This document shows, one piece after another, positions 1-12,681 of a stretch of DNA of 64,000 nucleotides. The stretch comes from Malacoraja senta. Its lineage: Eukaryota. The DNA lies in assembly GCA_038087875.1 (NCBI GenBank), contig CM075999.1, positions 3,970,001-4,034,000 on the forward strand, read 5' to 3'. Below the pieces are notes generated by a model. It was given only the letters and a program-made list of their open reading frames with translations, made no database searches and was not told where the DNA came from. Positions within the stretch are counted from its first letter, which is position 1, and each line of letters begins with the position of its first letter. Made by a program: the position numbers and the translations under genes.

Positions 1-257
1 ACCAGAAACTGCTGGATACATCCCCAGCATCTGTCGAAAGAGATGCTTCATCAGAAATGAGAAAAAAAATCTAGTGTGTGTAAAGTTGCAGAGAGGGCAG
101 GAGAGAGAATTAATGAACTTGTGGCGTCTGGGTTAAATGTGCATTTAAGGATTTAAAGGATTTGCACTGGTCACATATAAAGCCAGACTTTCCATGTGGT
201 TACACTACATCCAGAGCCTCCTGACCAAGCTGGAAAAGTAATGCTCACCGCCTTCTC

Positions 258-642
258 TGGTTTAGTTTATTGTCACGTGTACCGAGGTACAGGGAAAAGC
301 TTTGGTTGCGTGCTAACCAGTCAGAGGAAAGACAATACATGATTACAATTGAGCCATGCGCAGTGTATAGATACATGATAAGGGAATAACATTTAGTGCA
401 AGATAAAGCCTGCAAAGTCTGATCAATGATAGTCCGAAGGTCACCAATGAGGTAGATACTGCTCTCTGGTTGAGGTAGGATGATTCAGTTGCCTGATAAC
501 AGCTGGGAAGAAACTGTCCCTGAATCTAGAGGTGTGCGTTTTCACACTTCTGTACCTTTTGCCCGATGGGAGAGGGGAGAAGAGGGAGTGGCCGGGGTGA
601 GACTGGTCCTTGATTATGCTGCTGGCCTTGCCGAGGCAGCGT
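258..642 (-). mobile_element. Rex1/Babar-type LINE 3' fragment
   Basis: ORF 441-650 ([32 protein letters not shown]) resembles the C-terminus of the Rex1-like ORF at 60.5-61.4 kb; tail ...GACAATAAACTAAAC. Confidence 0.8.
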
Positions 643-689
643 GATGACAAATGTAAAAGTTACAAACGCTAATGGTGTTCACACGGGTT

Positions 690-893
690 CCACGTTATCC
701 CACTTTCTCATCCACTCCCTACACACTAGGAGCAATTTACAGAAGCCAATTAACCTACAAACCCGCACACCTTTGGGATGTGGGAGGAAACCGGAGCACC
801 CGGAAGAAACCCACGCGGTCACAGGGAGAACGTACAAATGCGTCTCTGGCGCTGTGAGGCAGCAGCTCTACCCGCTGCACTGCTGTGCCGCCC
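690..893 (-). mobile_element. V-SINE/HE1-type tRNA-derived SINE, internally deleted
   Basis: V-domain GCGTGGGTTTCTTCCGGGTGCTCCGGTTTCCTCCCACA and tRNA-like head on minus. Confidence 0.8.
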
Positions 894-1304
894 TTGTTGG
901 AAGTTCAAGGGGAACATGAGTTACACAGATTTGGGAGAATCACCAACATTGACACGTTTTTCATCATCTGCATTTTCCCGAACATTAACTTCTTCAATAA
1001 CAAGTATCATTCCCTGACTTGTGATAAACAGGAATCACCAGGAACCATGATTATGTCTGTTCCATGAAGTATTATTTCAATTAAATATCACCCCTAGAAT
1101 CGGCACCAATTTAATTAAAGATCAATTTGAATGAGAACCAAGTGATGAGCCAAGGCAATGGGTAGCTAATATAGAGGCTGCTCCAGAGAGCAGTGGGCTC
1201 CTAATTTAGTTGGATTAGTGATAGGATTTACAGCAAGTATTAATGAAATCCTCCAGAAAATGGAGCTAGCAGGTTTGGCATGAAGGTTGCAAGAGTACGT
1301 GCTG

Positions 1305-1437
1305 CAATCTGAAGAAGGGTCTCAATCCGAAACATCACCTATTCCTTTTCTCCACAGATACTGTGTGACCTGCTGAGTTACTCCAGCATTTTGTGTCTAT
1401 CTTCGGTTTAAACCAGCATCTGCAGTTCCTTCCTACA
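1305..1437 (+). mobile_element. Penelope-like terminal-repeat derivative
   Basis: CTGAAGAAGGGTCTC...GAAAC...CCAGCATCTGCAGTTCC, the same cassette that flanks the GIY-YIG fragment at 55.9-56.5 kb. Confidence 0.65.
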
Positions 1438-2169
1438 TGACAAGTGTCTTTATCGTGGTCTTGGGTGAACAACCCTTTACCTGGAGAATCTGCCTGCAGT
1501 TTTAGACCACACACCAGAAGGAACCATCTCAAAGCATCTACTCTGTCAATGCCATTGACCTTGTGGTCCAACTAACCAGACCTCACCACGTGACAATGTG
1601 CTGGAAGAGTGTGCATGCAAATCAGGCACTGACTTTATTATTGAAAGTAATAATAAAAAGAATGCCAGCAATTTTCTATATTTTATTCAGATATGAAGGG
1701 GTCAGTGATCTTATTGCAATTTACCAAATAATGAAAGGCCTGGATTAAGTGGATGTTTCCACTAGTGAGAGAGTCTAGGACCAGACGGCACAGCCTTGGG
1801 ATAAAAGGACATAGTTTTAGGAAGGTACCATCAGGCTCTTGAACACTGACTGCACAACACTAACCTCATGAACTGCGATCTTCTGTGAACTGTCTTTGGT
1901 TGCTCTATGGACTTTGTTTTTGCATTGTTATGGTTAGCAAGCATTATTGATTATTGATTTATTGTATTGGTGATAATGGTATATTTATCGGTTGTTGCAT
2001 TAATAGGTCTGTAAAGCAGCAGCAAGGAAGAATTCCATTGTTCTGCGGCTGGTATTTGTGACAATAAATTCTCTTGGCTCTTGCTCATATCTTGCAGGAT
2101 CTCCCATTTAATAAAGGAAGTAGCACTCGTTTTACCTCCATTCTCAGGCTGAGCTATTGGCTAATATTT

Positions 2170-2232
2170 TAAACAGATAACATACACAGATTTACTTTTC
2201 AAGGCATTTAATTTTTTTTTCAGTATTTTATT
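2170..2232 (-). terminator. Candidate distal polyadenylation site
   Basis: TTTATT at 2227-2232 (AATAAA on minus), upstream TGTA elements, GU-rich TCTGTGTATGTTTATCTGTTT downstream; TEs resume just beyond. Confidence 0.55.
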
Positions 2233-5200
2233 AAAGATATTCAAATTCAAACAAAAGGCTTAAAATTCAATAACAGTTCAATTGTATATCTGCTACAAAT
2301 ATTTTTTTAAAAATCTATTATGGCACAAAATAAATTATGAACACATCGATATAACTCAGTACACCAACACTTCTCCTCAAAACATACAATGACGTCTACA
2401 CTGTACACATAAAAAATCTTTTATACAAACATTTCAATGTCAGGCAGGTCCTTGTTTTGAATTGACTTCTGTCTTCCCGAAATTCAAAACCACATGAAAA
2501 GGACCTTACAAATGTCATCATTGCCGATCATTATTCCAGTTACTTTTCATTGATGTATTGGGATGTAACCATCAATAAATCAAAGATTAAACATGGCTTA
2601 CATCATCCTGTTAGTAAGTGCCTTTATATGATGTACCAATGCAACATCACACAGAAATTGTTCTCATAAACCTTTCCAAAGTAAACATATGTAAATTGCC
2701 CCCCTCCCCCCTAAGTTGTTTGTAGGTTCTGGTGGTCAACAGAATTAGTGTGATGTCATGCTCTTTCCTGGAGAATACAAGTACCTTCATCTTCTGCCTG
2801 TAGCTGGGGCATTATTCCTATCAATGAGCATAAACTAATGGGGTGCAATCAGAGTAGTCTGTGACCAGACAGATGACGCCATGGGCAGGTACACTGGAGT
2901 CTTGTGTCCCAGGCTGGAATAGTGTCCAAGTGTGGCTTCAATGTGACACCTTCTATTATTGGGTGAACACATTCATTTGTCCACTGCTGCAAGACGTTGT
3001 GATTCGTTTATTTGTAATAGCTTAGGACTTTTTAAAAATAGCCAGGGTTGCAGCACACTGTGGGAGATATCGATAGGCTTGTGGCTTCTACTTATTGACA
3101 GTCATAGACTACCAGTCTCTAATTCTTGACTTGCCCAATCAATAACTGTCTGAATCTCATTTCTGCTGTAGTTTGGCAAATATTGTTATTCCTTCTCAAT
3201 GCTTGTTCCAGAGCAGTCACTGGTTGAGAAAATTGGACAGGGTTATGACGGCGCCAAGTAGTTTTCGTCTTTATTCTAGTGAGTATCTTTCAGATTCATT
3301 GTAAATGTGCTATTCACAGGAAACTGAAAGGCAGGAGGACAGGACAAACCTCAGGAGATCCCAAATTGGAAATTTGAATGAGGAATGAGGGCAATTAGAA
3401 TTCATCCTGCAGCCATGTCCAATTTAGCGTTAGGAATCAGGAAAACTATTGGCAATGCAAATTCACCCTCTGAGTCAGTAACACATTCTCGGGGGACATC
3501 GCCACCATTAAATCTCTGCCAAGTCAAGGTGAGGGATAGAAGGAATGACAGGTCTCTGATATCTCAAGAGATGCCCATAGGGGGATTCAGGCAAGAATGT
3601 GGCTGTGATGTCTCATTAAACGTTTCGATGAGCCACCAACATTCACCGTCTTTAATCCTGACCAACCCCACTAAAGGGAAGCAGAGCAGTTATTGGGCAA
3701 GTATTCGGAGGGACAGGGCACTGAAGGGATCATGACATCTCCAATAGAAGTGCCAGCACCAACGTTAGTGTCTGAAACCCGCTGCCACCTCCATCTGATT
3801 CACTAATGGAAATCGGGAACTCCAGCTGCGAGGCCGGCTCATACACCCTCCACTCTGGCAAAACCCTCAAAGGGGAAATTCGGGATAAACAATAATTTCT
3901 GTCTTTCCGGCAATATTTGTATTCAGTGAGCTAACAGCATATGCAGGGCAGATACAGCAAACACTGATGTACTGAGAGAATCCTCCACCATCACAGAAGA
4001 ATGCTAAACTATGACAAGCAGAGATTTCAACTTTGTAAGCTTTTTAAAACCCTCATCTATCCAGGGGTGAAGGAAAATATTGTAGGCTTACACTGCTCAG
4101 AAATGTCACTGAATTTCTAACATCACTTTCTTCATTTACTTCTGCATTCATGCAGTCTCTGGGCACAAAGTGGAGCCACAGCCCGTCTCCTGAGGGTGTG
4201 GAAGATTCCGACACCCCCCCCCCACTGAGTAACACCCTGCCTCTGTGAGATATTCCGTGGGGCTGGGGAATAGTGCATGGTTCGACTGATCCTGGCAGTG
4301 AAGGAGGAGAATGATCTTAACCTGCCACATTTGTAAAGGCGAGCATATGTTAGAGTATTATTTGATTTTATGCTCACAATCTGTTCGGAATGATTAAGTT
4401 GCATTTCACACACCGGGTCTCTGGAAAGAAGGGGATTTTAACGGAAGTGTCACACTGACTGGTGAGCTAATGCATCTTGGACCCCTCCAGCATGGGAAAG
4501 CCTAATACTGATATGGACCTGACTGTTAAATCACATCTTCAGTTGTTATCATCGTCTAACAACTGAGGACAAACAGAGGCAAGCAGTCTTGACAGTAAGC
4601 CAGGTAAGTATAATATGGTATTGGAGAAGAGATTACCAATCATTCCCAATTTAGTCACTATTTTAAGGGTTTCTTAAAAAAAAAAATGATTCATGGTTGT
4701 AATACAAATACTAAACAAGTTTCAATATTATGGGGTTACACATCCCAATATATCATGACACACAAAATCCTAAATACTGACATCATCGCAACATTGAAAT
4801 TAATACAGAAAATAAATAGGAATAACCCCATTGAAAATATCACATGCCCATCATAAATACTTAGCAGCCAAATGCATCATGATGGTAGCCACCACATACA
4901 ATCGTAGTGTACACCTTAGATATGCAAGTTATCCTGGACTACCTCTGATGGTCTAAAGGGCAGCTACCCATTGCAGTTGCTTGGGCAATGAACATTTCCC
5001 CTTCACTAAACCAGGAAGTACGTTAAAAAATAACCAGTTATACATCACAATGTATTAAATACAGAATGATTGCATCCTTAATTGACAAATAGATCAGGAA
5101 TGTTACAATCTCAGTATAAGACAGTGGAGGGGAGCAATGCCCCCATCGTTTTATTATGTACTGCTTCACATTACTGTAGAAAATTACTCATGAAAATAGA

Positions 5201-8052
5201 AAGTGTCTAGAAAACAGTCTGAGGTCTGCTGTGTTTAATTTCTGAGCTGATAGGAGGTTTACTGCTTAAAACTCTATTGCAGGGTCTGAATCAACAGTAA
5301 CAACCCATAAATGCAGAAGAACAAAGCTTATTGACAAAACTAGGAGGCTGCGCTTCTGGGTTAGTGTTTCTAATGAGGCAAAGACAGACAATTGCTCAAA
5401 GTACGCTAACGTCTTGTTGCCGACTTGGATTGTGCCCTGATTATTTTGGTTTCGTATCTTAAAAAATATGATTTATTGGAGGACCATTGGTGTGCCCTGT
5501 AAACATATATAAATCTCGTCATCAGCAGTTTGTGAGAATGAACACTAAGCCTCCTGCTTTTGCCAGCAAGGCACATTGATTAGAACTGCCAGTCAAGGGG
5601 AAGCTGGATGCTTTCCTGTTTGAACCTTTATGGATCCTTGCAGCTCTGTAAGTCCATGTAGCAGCTGAATGACCGGTCACCTAGCTTGTCACTGACTGAC
5701 TGGCATATGCCGCCCTTCACTTGCATTAGTGACTTGCCCACAAATACACGAGATCCAACGTTACGCCAGAAACTACTTGCACCGTCAAAGTCTGGCATCA
5801 TGCGCGTACAGCAGTGTTTCTAGTGGACATGCACTCCTCTAACAAGCCAGTTCTACAAATCCAATACAAACACACTGCAAGTCTAGCGGCCAGGTTTCCA
5901 CAGGTCAACCGGTTAGTTTTAGTAACAACAGGCTTCTCACCCAGAACTAGGTTTTTCACTCAGTAACTAAATAGGTGCAAGATTTGTGCCCAAAGCATTT
6001 ATGGGCCTGGTGACTTGCTTCCCTGTGTACAAGAAGCAACTAGATAAAGGTCCCTGCTGCTTAATACAACGTACGTCTGGTGGTAACAGAACAGCTGATT
6101 GACAGGTAGAATTTATTAGAATTACAAAATAACTTTGAATGGGCTTAGCATAGACATCTTCACATTATTAAAATATCACCATGTTTATTCACCATGTCAC
6201 TTTAACATTAACTCCTGATAAATATGCAGCTAGAGCCTATGAAAGGACCGTCTTATATTAACTCCCATTCCACAGACTTTGATTTGAGGTAGCATGGCAG
6301 CTTGAAACAGCAACTATGAAGACACTTTGCCAGAACGGACAGGGAAGGAAGTGAATCTGGCTCTCATCTGCTCAGGAAGTGGCTTAGTAAGGTGATTGTG
6401 CTCTTTCATTCATGTCCATGACGGACAGAGACATTCCTTAATTATGTTTTTAAATGTGATGCTTATTAAATAAACTGAATAAACTCAACTTCACTGCGAC
6501 ATTTTAGAGTTAGTCACATTTTCTGAACAAAATAAACACTAAATATTGTTAAGAGTGATTTACAAAGCAAGTTATTAACTTAGATATGATGCGACCTGCA
6601 AACTATGTAAATTTGTAACTACAATATTCATAATTAAATTGCATAATGTTATAACTTTAGGATTAAATTAACATAATTGAATCAACTCACTAAATCTATA
6701 CCTGTACCAAACTCAGTGCAATATTAGCAGCAACAACCTTTGACACCAGTGTTTGTCATAAGAACATCAATTGCCTGGTGACAATATTTGTAACGCTATT
6801 CTTGGGTTTTATCTTCCTGGACTAAAGGCTCCTGCCTTCAATCTTACTTGCTCCAGTCTCCAGCCTGACTGATTAACACAGTTTTCACTGAATTTAGTTC
6901 ACACTTGCTCAAAGAATAACATTTGGCATAACTTCACACCAGTCACAATGGGCAGTTGTACCTAAACCCTGCACGGGAGATAGAAAAAAGGCATGTACTG
7001 GCACTCCGGTTTTTATAAGAATACAGAACAGTAAAGTCGTTTGGTGACTTTTTTTTTTGCTAAAACATCTACTGATAATCATGTCTATTCCTTATACTTT
7101 TAGGCATTTGGGTTAAACAGGCTTGCTTGCTACCAAATATTGGCCATGACCAGAGGGCACCATTAATACTTCCTTCGGTCACTCAATGTATTCAGGAGTA
7201 CAAGGCTGTAACTCAGTGGGAAGTGCCTTCACATGCAAAGAATCATTTTGTTCCTTTTTGTGGGCAGGAACATGTTGTCGGAAACATTCTCCACAGTTTG
7301 GGCCAATTGTCTCCAGTGCAGGAAGAGCTGGCAACAGAATATTTCTCTCTCCAGTTACACCAGAGGGCAGAGAAGCGCCAACATTTCTGCACCTTGACCT
7401 CTAGAGGTCTACGGGGATACAGGCTTCATCTGCCGTCAGAAACATCATGCACTCACTTCGGGCTAGATTACTACTTAAACGTCTCTAAGAGTAAGAAATG
7501 GAAATATCTTTGCAATACCATCTCACACAGCGTAATCATACTAAACCATGACTGAAACAAACTTCTATTCATTTCCAAAGATATACTATAATCATGACAG
7601 GATTTCTAATCAAATATTTTTCATGGCATTTCACTTATATTTTGCCATGTTTTGTACAATTTGCATCTATTTCAACAGGTCTACATGAGCACTGCCTCTT
7701 AACATTCAATGGTATACCATATTCCCGGGAAACTTGGGAATAGTTTGAGAATTGGCCGAGCTCTCACGAGATTGTACAGGGCAAGCCTGGCTCTTGACTG
7801 AAACCTGGAATCTTTAGGAAGTGGTCCTTTATATCCGAGCTCTTTCAAAGATGAGGTAATATTAACTTCAATGGTTCAATGGAATAGTGTAAACAAAACA
7901 GCATTGGCCCAGACAAACTGCTGTACACATTTTATGAATTCAATTTAATCTAGAATCAAGTGTGCATGAGACCGACATGCAGTCCACTCATGGCCAGATG
8001 TTTGAATCATCACCTCAACTCTGAGCTGAGGTTTCACTGGACTTTCCAAATC

Positions 8053-8058
8053 TTTATT
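8053..8058 (-). terminator. Candidate proximal polyadenylation signal
   Basis: AATAAA on minus at the end of a very AT-rich block (8060-8330). Confidence 0.35.
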
Positions 8059-8727
8059 GTAAAAAAATTATAAAAGGTCTTGCAATAGTCAAATATTCCA
8101 TATTGAGGGTTTAATCTATCAACTACCTTTTTCTTCCCTTACATATATGATTAGTACAATATTTTTTTTAAGGTATTTAAATTGTGTACTTTTATTTTAA
8201 ATATTACAATAAAATATGGTGAGAGTTATTCATGGGCCAAGCCATTATTTTGTGCACATTGTAAAGAGAATAAGGCTATTGTGGGACCAATATTTGCAGC
8301 ATATGTTAGACATCTGTAATATTTTCATTAATTTCCACAGGATTCACACCCAATTGTAAATGTGTAAAAAAACTTATGGAGACATTTTGAAAATTGCCTG
8401 AAATGGAAGAATCTTAAATTCAGAGGAAGCCATTTCATGCCTTGAACTTGGTTCACCATTTGAAAGAGACTTTGGCTGGTCTGACAGCCGTCCATAATCC
8501 TGCATTTAATCCACATCCTTCAACGCCTTTTATTTACAGAACACCTGCACAATAATAACTAGGATCTGCACACAATTCCACATTTCTCCAATGTTCTAAC
8601 ACTACACTGGAAAGGCTTGCTCTAAAGCTTAGACCACATCTCACAGCTCCCACTCTGAGCCACCACTTCCATCCAACCGTCATGTCAGAGGACTTTCACC
8701 ACATCCACCATTTCTGTAATAAGAGGT

Positions 8728-8812
8728 TTAACCTGTTCACTGCCACGTTTTGTTGTTGTTGCACTATTGGCCATGACCAGAGTATAATTGTGGATGGCAC
8801 TGAACATGTTAA
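8728..8812. mobile_element. ~85 bp MITE with TTAA ends (piggyBac-like)
   Basis: TTAACCTGTTCACTGCCA...TGGCACTGAACATGTTAA inverted termini (16/18 match); related copy at 26661-26742. Confidence 0.6.
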
Positions 8813-11597
8813 GGTTTAAAACTCTACAGATCTGCAATGGGGAAGATAGAACATAGAAACATTCTAAATCATGACATGTGTGTATAAATCTGAATCCAGG
8901 TCGGTGTTGTACAAAACGCTCTCAAAATAGTACAACTCAATTTAACCATCTCATTTCAGCATTAACAGGCAACTACTTATCTTGCTGACGGAGGCCACAG
9001 GAGCATATAGACGCACCTCTCTAATCCCCTGGGCTGTCTAAGTTCCCTGAATAGTTAAATGATTTTGGCCGTCGAAGCACATGTAGACTGGCTAAAAAAG
9101 GTACTTGTTTTAATCTACCACAATGTTCTTTTTTAAAATAGGTCTAAACAGTCAAGCTATCGTTTATAAATATAACCACATACACTGGCACACATATAAA
9201 TGTGGCCATATTTCTATACATACTATACACATGCATGCAGTTAAAATTAGCATACCCTGCAAAAAAATAAATTAAAATCCTCACAGAACTAACCAGTTGA
9301 CTAAAAAATGCTGGTAATTTTGGATTTAAAAACAAAATCACATCATAAAAAACGCATTATAAAGGCTTTGTTCCTGAAATTAATGGGAAAAGCTCCCATT
9401 TTAGGCCAGTTATTTGAGGAATGGTGTGCGGGTCTTTGGATAGAATACTAACTAGTGTGTAGTGCTGCAGAACCATTGACTAACGCAGCCTGGTACAAAC
9501 TGACCTTCATACCCACGGCGGACATTCCAGACTCTCCATTAATGCAGAAACAAAATCACCTTTTGCAATCCGAGGTTAACTTCATTTAAGGCAACAAAAA
9601 AGATCGGGAATTATTGCAACATCATGATATTCAAACATTGATATTGCTTCTAACTTGTTGTCATGTTGCCTTGCAATCAAAATTTAAAATACTGTCCAGT
9701 AGTTTGTAAACAGTAGTTTGCAACGGCAAATCTCCCAGTGACAGACAGTGCATGAATCCTGTTACAAGATGGATATTTATTTCCCTGTCTCGGACTGCAG
9801 GTCTGCAAAACAGCCCCCCCCTCCCCCCCTCCCCGGTAGCTGCGGGTATGAATGCCAGCATTGTAGCAGGTCGCGTCAAGAGGTCCCGTCACTGCACCGT
9901 GATAGTCAGCTTCCCACTCACATATCTCCAAGGAAGAAAGGAAGGTCCATGATACGACACGGCGGGCGGGCGAGCTTGCTCGGAGTGAAACGAGACAGCA
10001 AATTGAGGTCGCACCTTCGCGATAACATTCCCTTTTCGGCTGCGTCTCAACAGCTTTGATGTAATTTAAACTCAGAGGTAATCAGTAAAAACAGTTCATC
10101 GTTTACAGCATTATTTCTTTAGAAAAAAAAGAAACATTTGATTTTGTTCTTTAAAAAAAAAAAATCCTTTTTTTTATGTACAGTACCTTGATTCAAAGTC
10201 CAGAGCAAATAAACAAAACGTGTGCGGTATCCAGTGCTGACAGTGAGACCATCGGGTCCAGCCCCGAGAAGGAAACTGCCGCATGTCGTTGCTCTACACG
10301 GCACTGCCCGACCCTCCCTGTGCGGGGGGTGGGGGGGGGGGGGGTGAAGGTGTGGACATCCCAAACATCAACAACGCACCTTGGTAGCAGATGCTTCAAG
10401 CAGGGGGGCGGGGGAGGGGGGGGGGGTTGGGCGCCACGGTGCCGCCAGCAGCGATGCTGACCCGAGCAGAGGCAATGTCGACGCGGTGGTAGAGTCCGTG
10501 TTCACTGAATTGTACAAGTCCTGAGCGGTAAACAGCTGAGATCAATAATACCATTTCAAAATTCACAGTAAATTTGTATATGATCCAAAGTCGGGAAGGC
10601 GAGCACTACGCGATCCTTGATGCTAGTTTGTACAGCAATGACCCAAAGCTACATCCATCAACCCGCAGCCAGCCTTGAACAACCGAGGTGTGACACACCA
10701 ACATTTGTATTCTCCAATCCTCCCTGTTATAGATATACTGTAGTAAATTGGCACAATCAAATATGTATTCCTCAAATTCAGCTACTAATAGTCCCAACAT
10801 TAACCGTATCCATATTGTCCTGAACCCACCCTCTCGTTCCTGCAAACCCATAAACCGCGTCGTGTTAGTGGCGAGAGGTCGGCCCATCTCCGCGAGGAGA
10901 CCCGAGCCCCTCTCATCCAACCAGCGTGTCTCACAGACATTAAAAATCACTTCATAACCAAGACCATAACAGTTGGTGGTTCACTGACTAACGCAAGGCC
11001 GACAACCAGACATCCCCCCCTCCCCTCCCCTCCCCTCCCCCAATCTGGTCTAGACCGCAAATCTACACTGCGAGGGCAAACAGGCTAAAAATCACCCACA
11101 TACACCAACTCGTAAAACTAGGACCACAAGGAGATAGATACCACCGCTCTGCCGCTAAATCACAACAAACTACGCTCGCGTTCTGCAAAGCCAGCAAGAT
11201 CCAATCTGTTTCCATCATGACTTCCAAAAATCTCTTCATTTTTGCTTCTTCTCTCCCCCGCCCCCGCTGGAGGTGTTCCGCTGATAATGCCCGCTCCCCC
11301 CCCCCCCCCCCAACCACTCTGCAGCGCCCCTCGCCCACTCACTACCGCGGGCGGGCGGCCGCTCCTGTCAGACGGGGTGACAGGTAGCGCCGGCGCCGCG
11401 CTGACCTGACGCGACCCGCGGCTACATTCGGGGAGAGGCTGCGGAGTTGTATCCGATGCGCTGGACCCGGGCGGGCCGGGTATCCCGGGTCTAGGAAGGG
11501 GAGAGGGAGAGTGGGTGGGGAAGAGGGGACGGGTGGGGGGGGGGGGGGGAGGGGGGAGAGGGGAGGGGGAGAAGAGAAGGGGGGGAGGGGACAGAAG

Positions 11598-12681
11598 CTA
11601 GTAGGAAATGTTGGACTCGATTTCCAGCCAGTCTCCCGAGATCATTTTGCGCACCTCGGGGGTGCCATAGTCGGGGAACTCGAAGTGCGAGACGGGGCTG
11701 CTGCCGCCGGCCAGCGAGTCGCTGTCCTTGTCCAGGGAGAGGTGCCCCCCCGGGCCGGCCCCGCCGCCGCCGCCGCCCGCCGCCACGTTCAGGCTGAGGT
11801 CGAAGAGAAGCAGCTGCCCGTCGCAGTCGTCGGGCGGGCGGGCGGAGAGAGGGCGGCCGGAGGGTCGCGGCTCCCGAGCTGGGCGGCTTCTTGCCCCCCA
11901 GGCAGTAGTGTAGCAGCTCGGCCTCGGGCTCCGCGTCCTCCACCTCCTCCCCTTCAGACTCGGGCTCGGCGGGAGGCGGGCGGCGGCCGTTCGGCCCCAG
12001 CGCCCCGTGCTGGCCCCCTTTGGCCGCCCGCTTGGCTTTGGAGCGCTCCAGCAGCTGCTTGGCTTTGTGCGCCCGGTTGTGTTCTTGCCCGGCGGCTTCT
12101 TGTGCGACCGGGGCTCGGCGGCGGCGGCGGCGGGGGCGGGGGGCGCGGGTTCCCCACGGACCTTCTTCCTCGGCCGGTACTTGTAGTCGGGATAGTCCGC
12201 CATGTGTTTGAGGCGAAGCCGCTCGGCCTCTCTGATGAACGGGCTCTTCTCCGCCTCCTTCAGCAGCTTCCACTTCTTGCCCAGGCGCTTGGAGATCTCG
12301 GCGTTGTGCATGTCGGGCACCTGCTCCATGATCTTCTTCCTCTCGATCTGAGACCAAACCATGAAGGCGTTCATCGGCCGCTTGATGTGTCCCGTCGGCG
12401 TCTTGCACCAGTCGGGCTGGCAGCCGCCCGCCGCCCCCTCATCCTCGCCCCGACCCGGGGTCCCGCCGCCGCCGCCGCCCCATGGGTTGGGTGGGGCTGG
12501 ACGCCGCGCTCATGTCGCTGATGCCGCTGTCGGCGCCCTCTCCTCCTCCTCCTCCTCCTCCTCCTCCTCCTCCACCTCCTCCACCTCCTCCACCTCCTCC
12601 TCCTCCTCCTCCTCCTCCTCCTCCTCCTCCTCCTCCTCCTCCACCGCGCCGCCTGGCCGAGCCCGCCGTCTGCTGCACCAT
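11598..12681 (-). CDS. SoxC-group (Sox4/Sox11/Sox12-like) HMG-box transcription factor, single exon, frameshifted as assembled
   Basis: ATG at 12681 gives MVQQT (SoxC N-terminus). HMG box [50 protein letters not shown]...[11 protein letters not shown] at ~12392-12162. C-terminal SoxC transactivation motif [23 protein letters not shown], stop TAG at 11600-11598. Start and HMG frames differ by 1 nt near 12480. Exact paralog not assignable by eye. Confidence 0.93.
12541..12645 (-). repeat. (GGA/GGT)n coding trinucleotide repeat, 35 Gly
   Basis: (TCC)n with ACC interruptions on the + strand, in frame with MVQQT. Confidence 0.9.

Larger units (their letters stand above)
2200..11597 (-). other. 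Putative long 3' UTR of the SoxC gene
   Basis: Continuous SINE/LINE-free sequence downstream of the stop codon, ending at a minus-strand AATAAA at 2232-2227. No transcript evidence available. Confidence 0.5.

Noticed and set aside
3385..7555. ORFs of 116 aa (3385) and 142 aa (7127)
   Set aside because: No recognisable domain or exon structure; probably chance ORFs antisense to the putative UTR.
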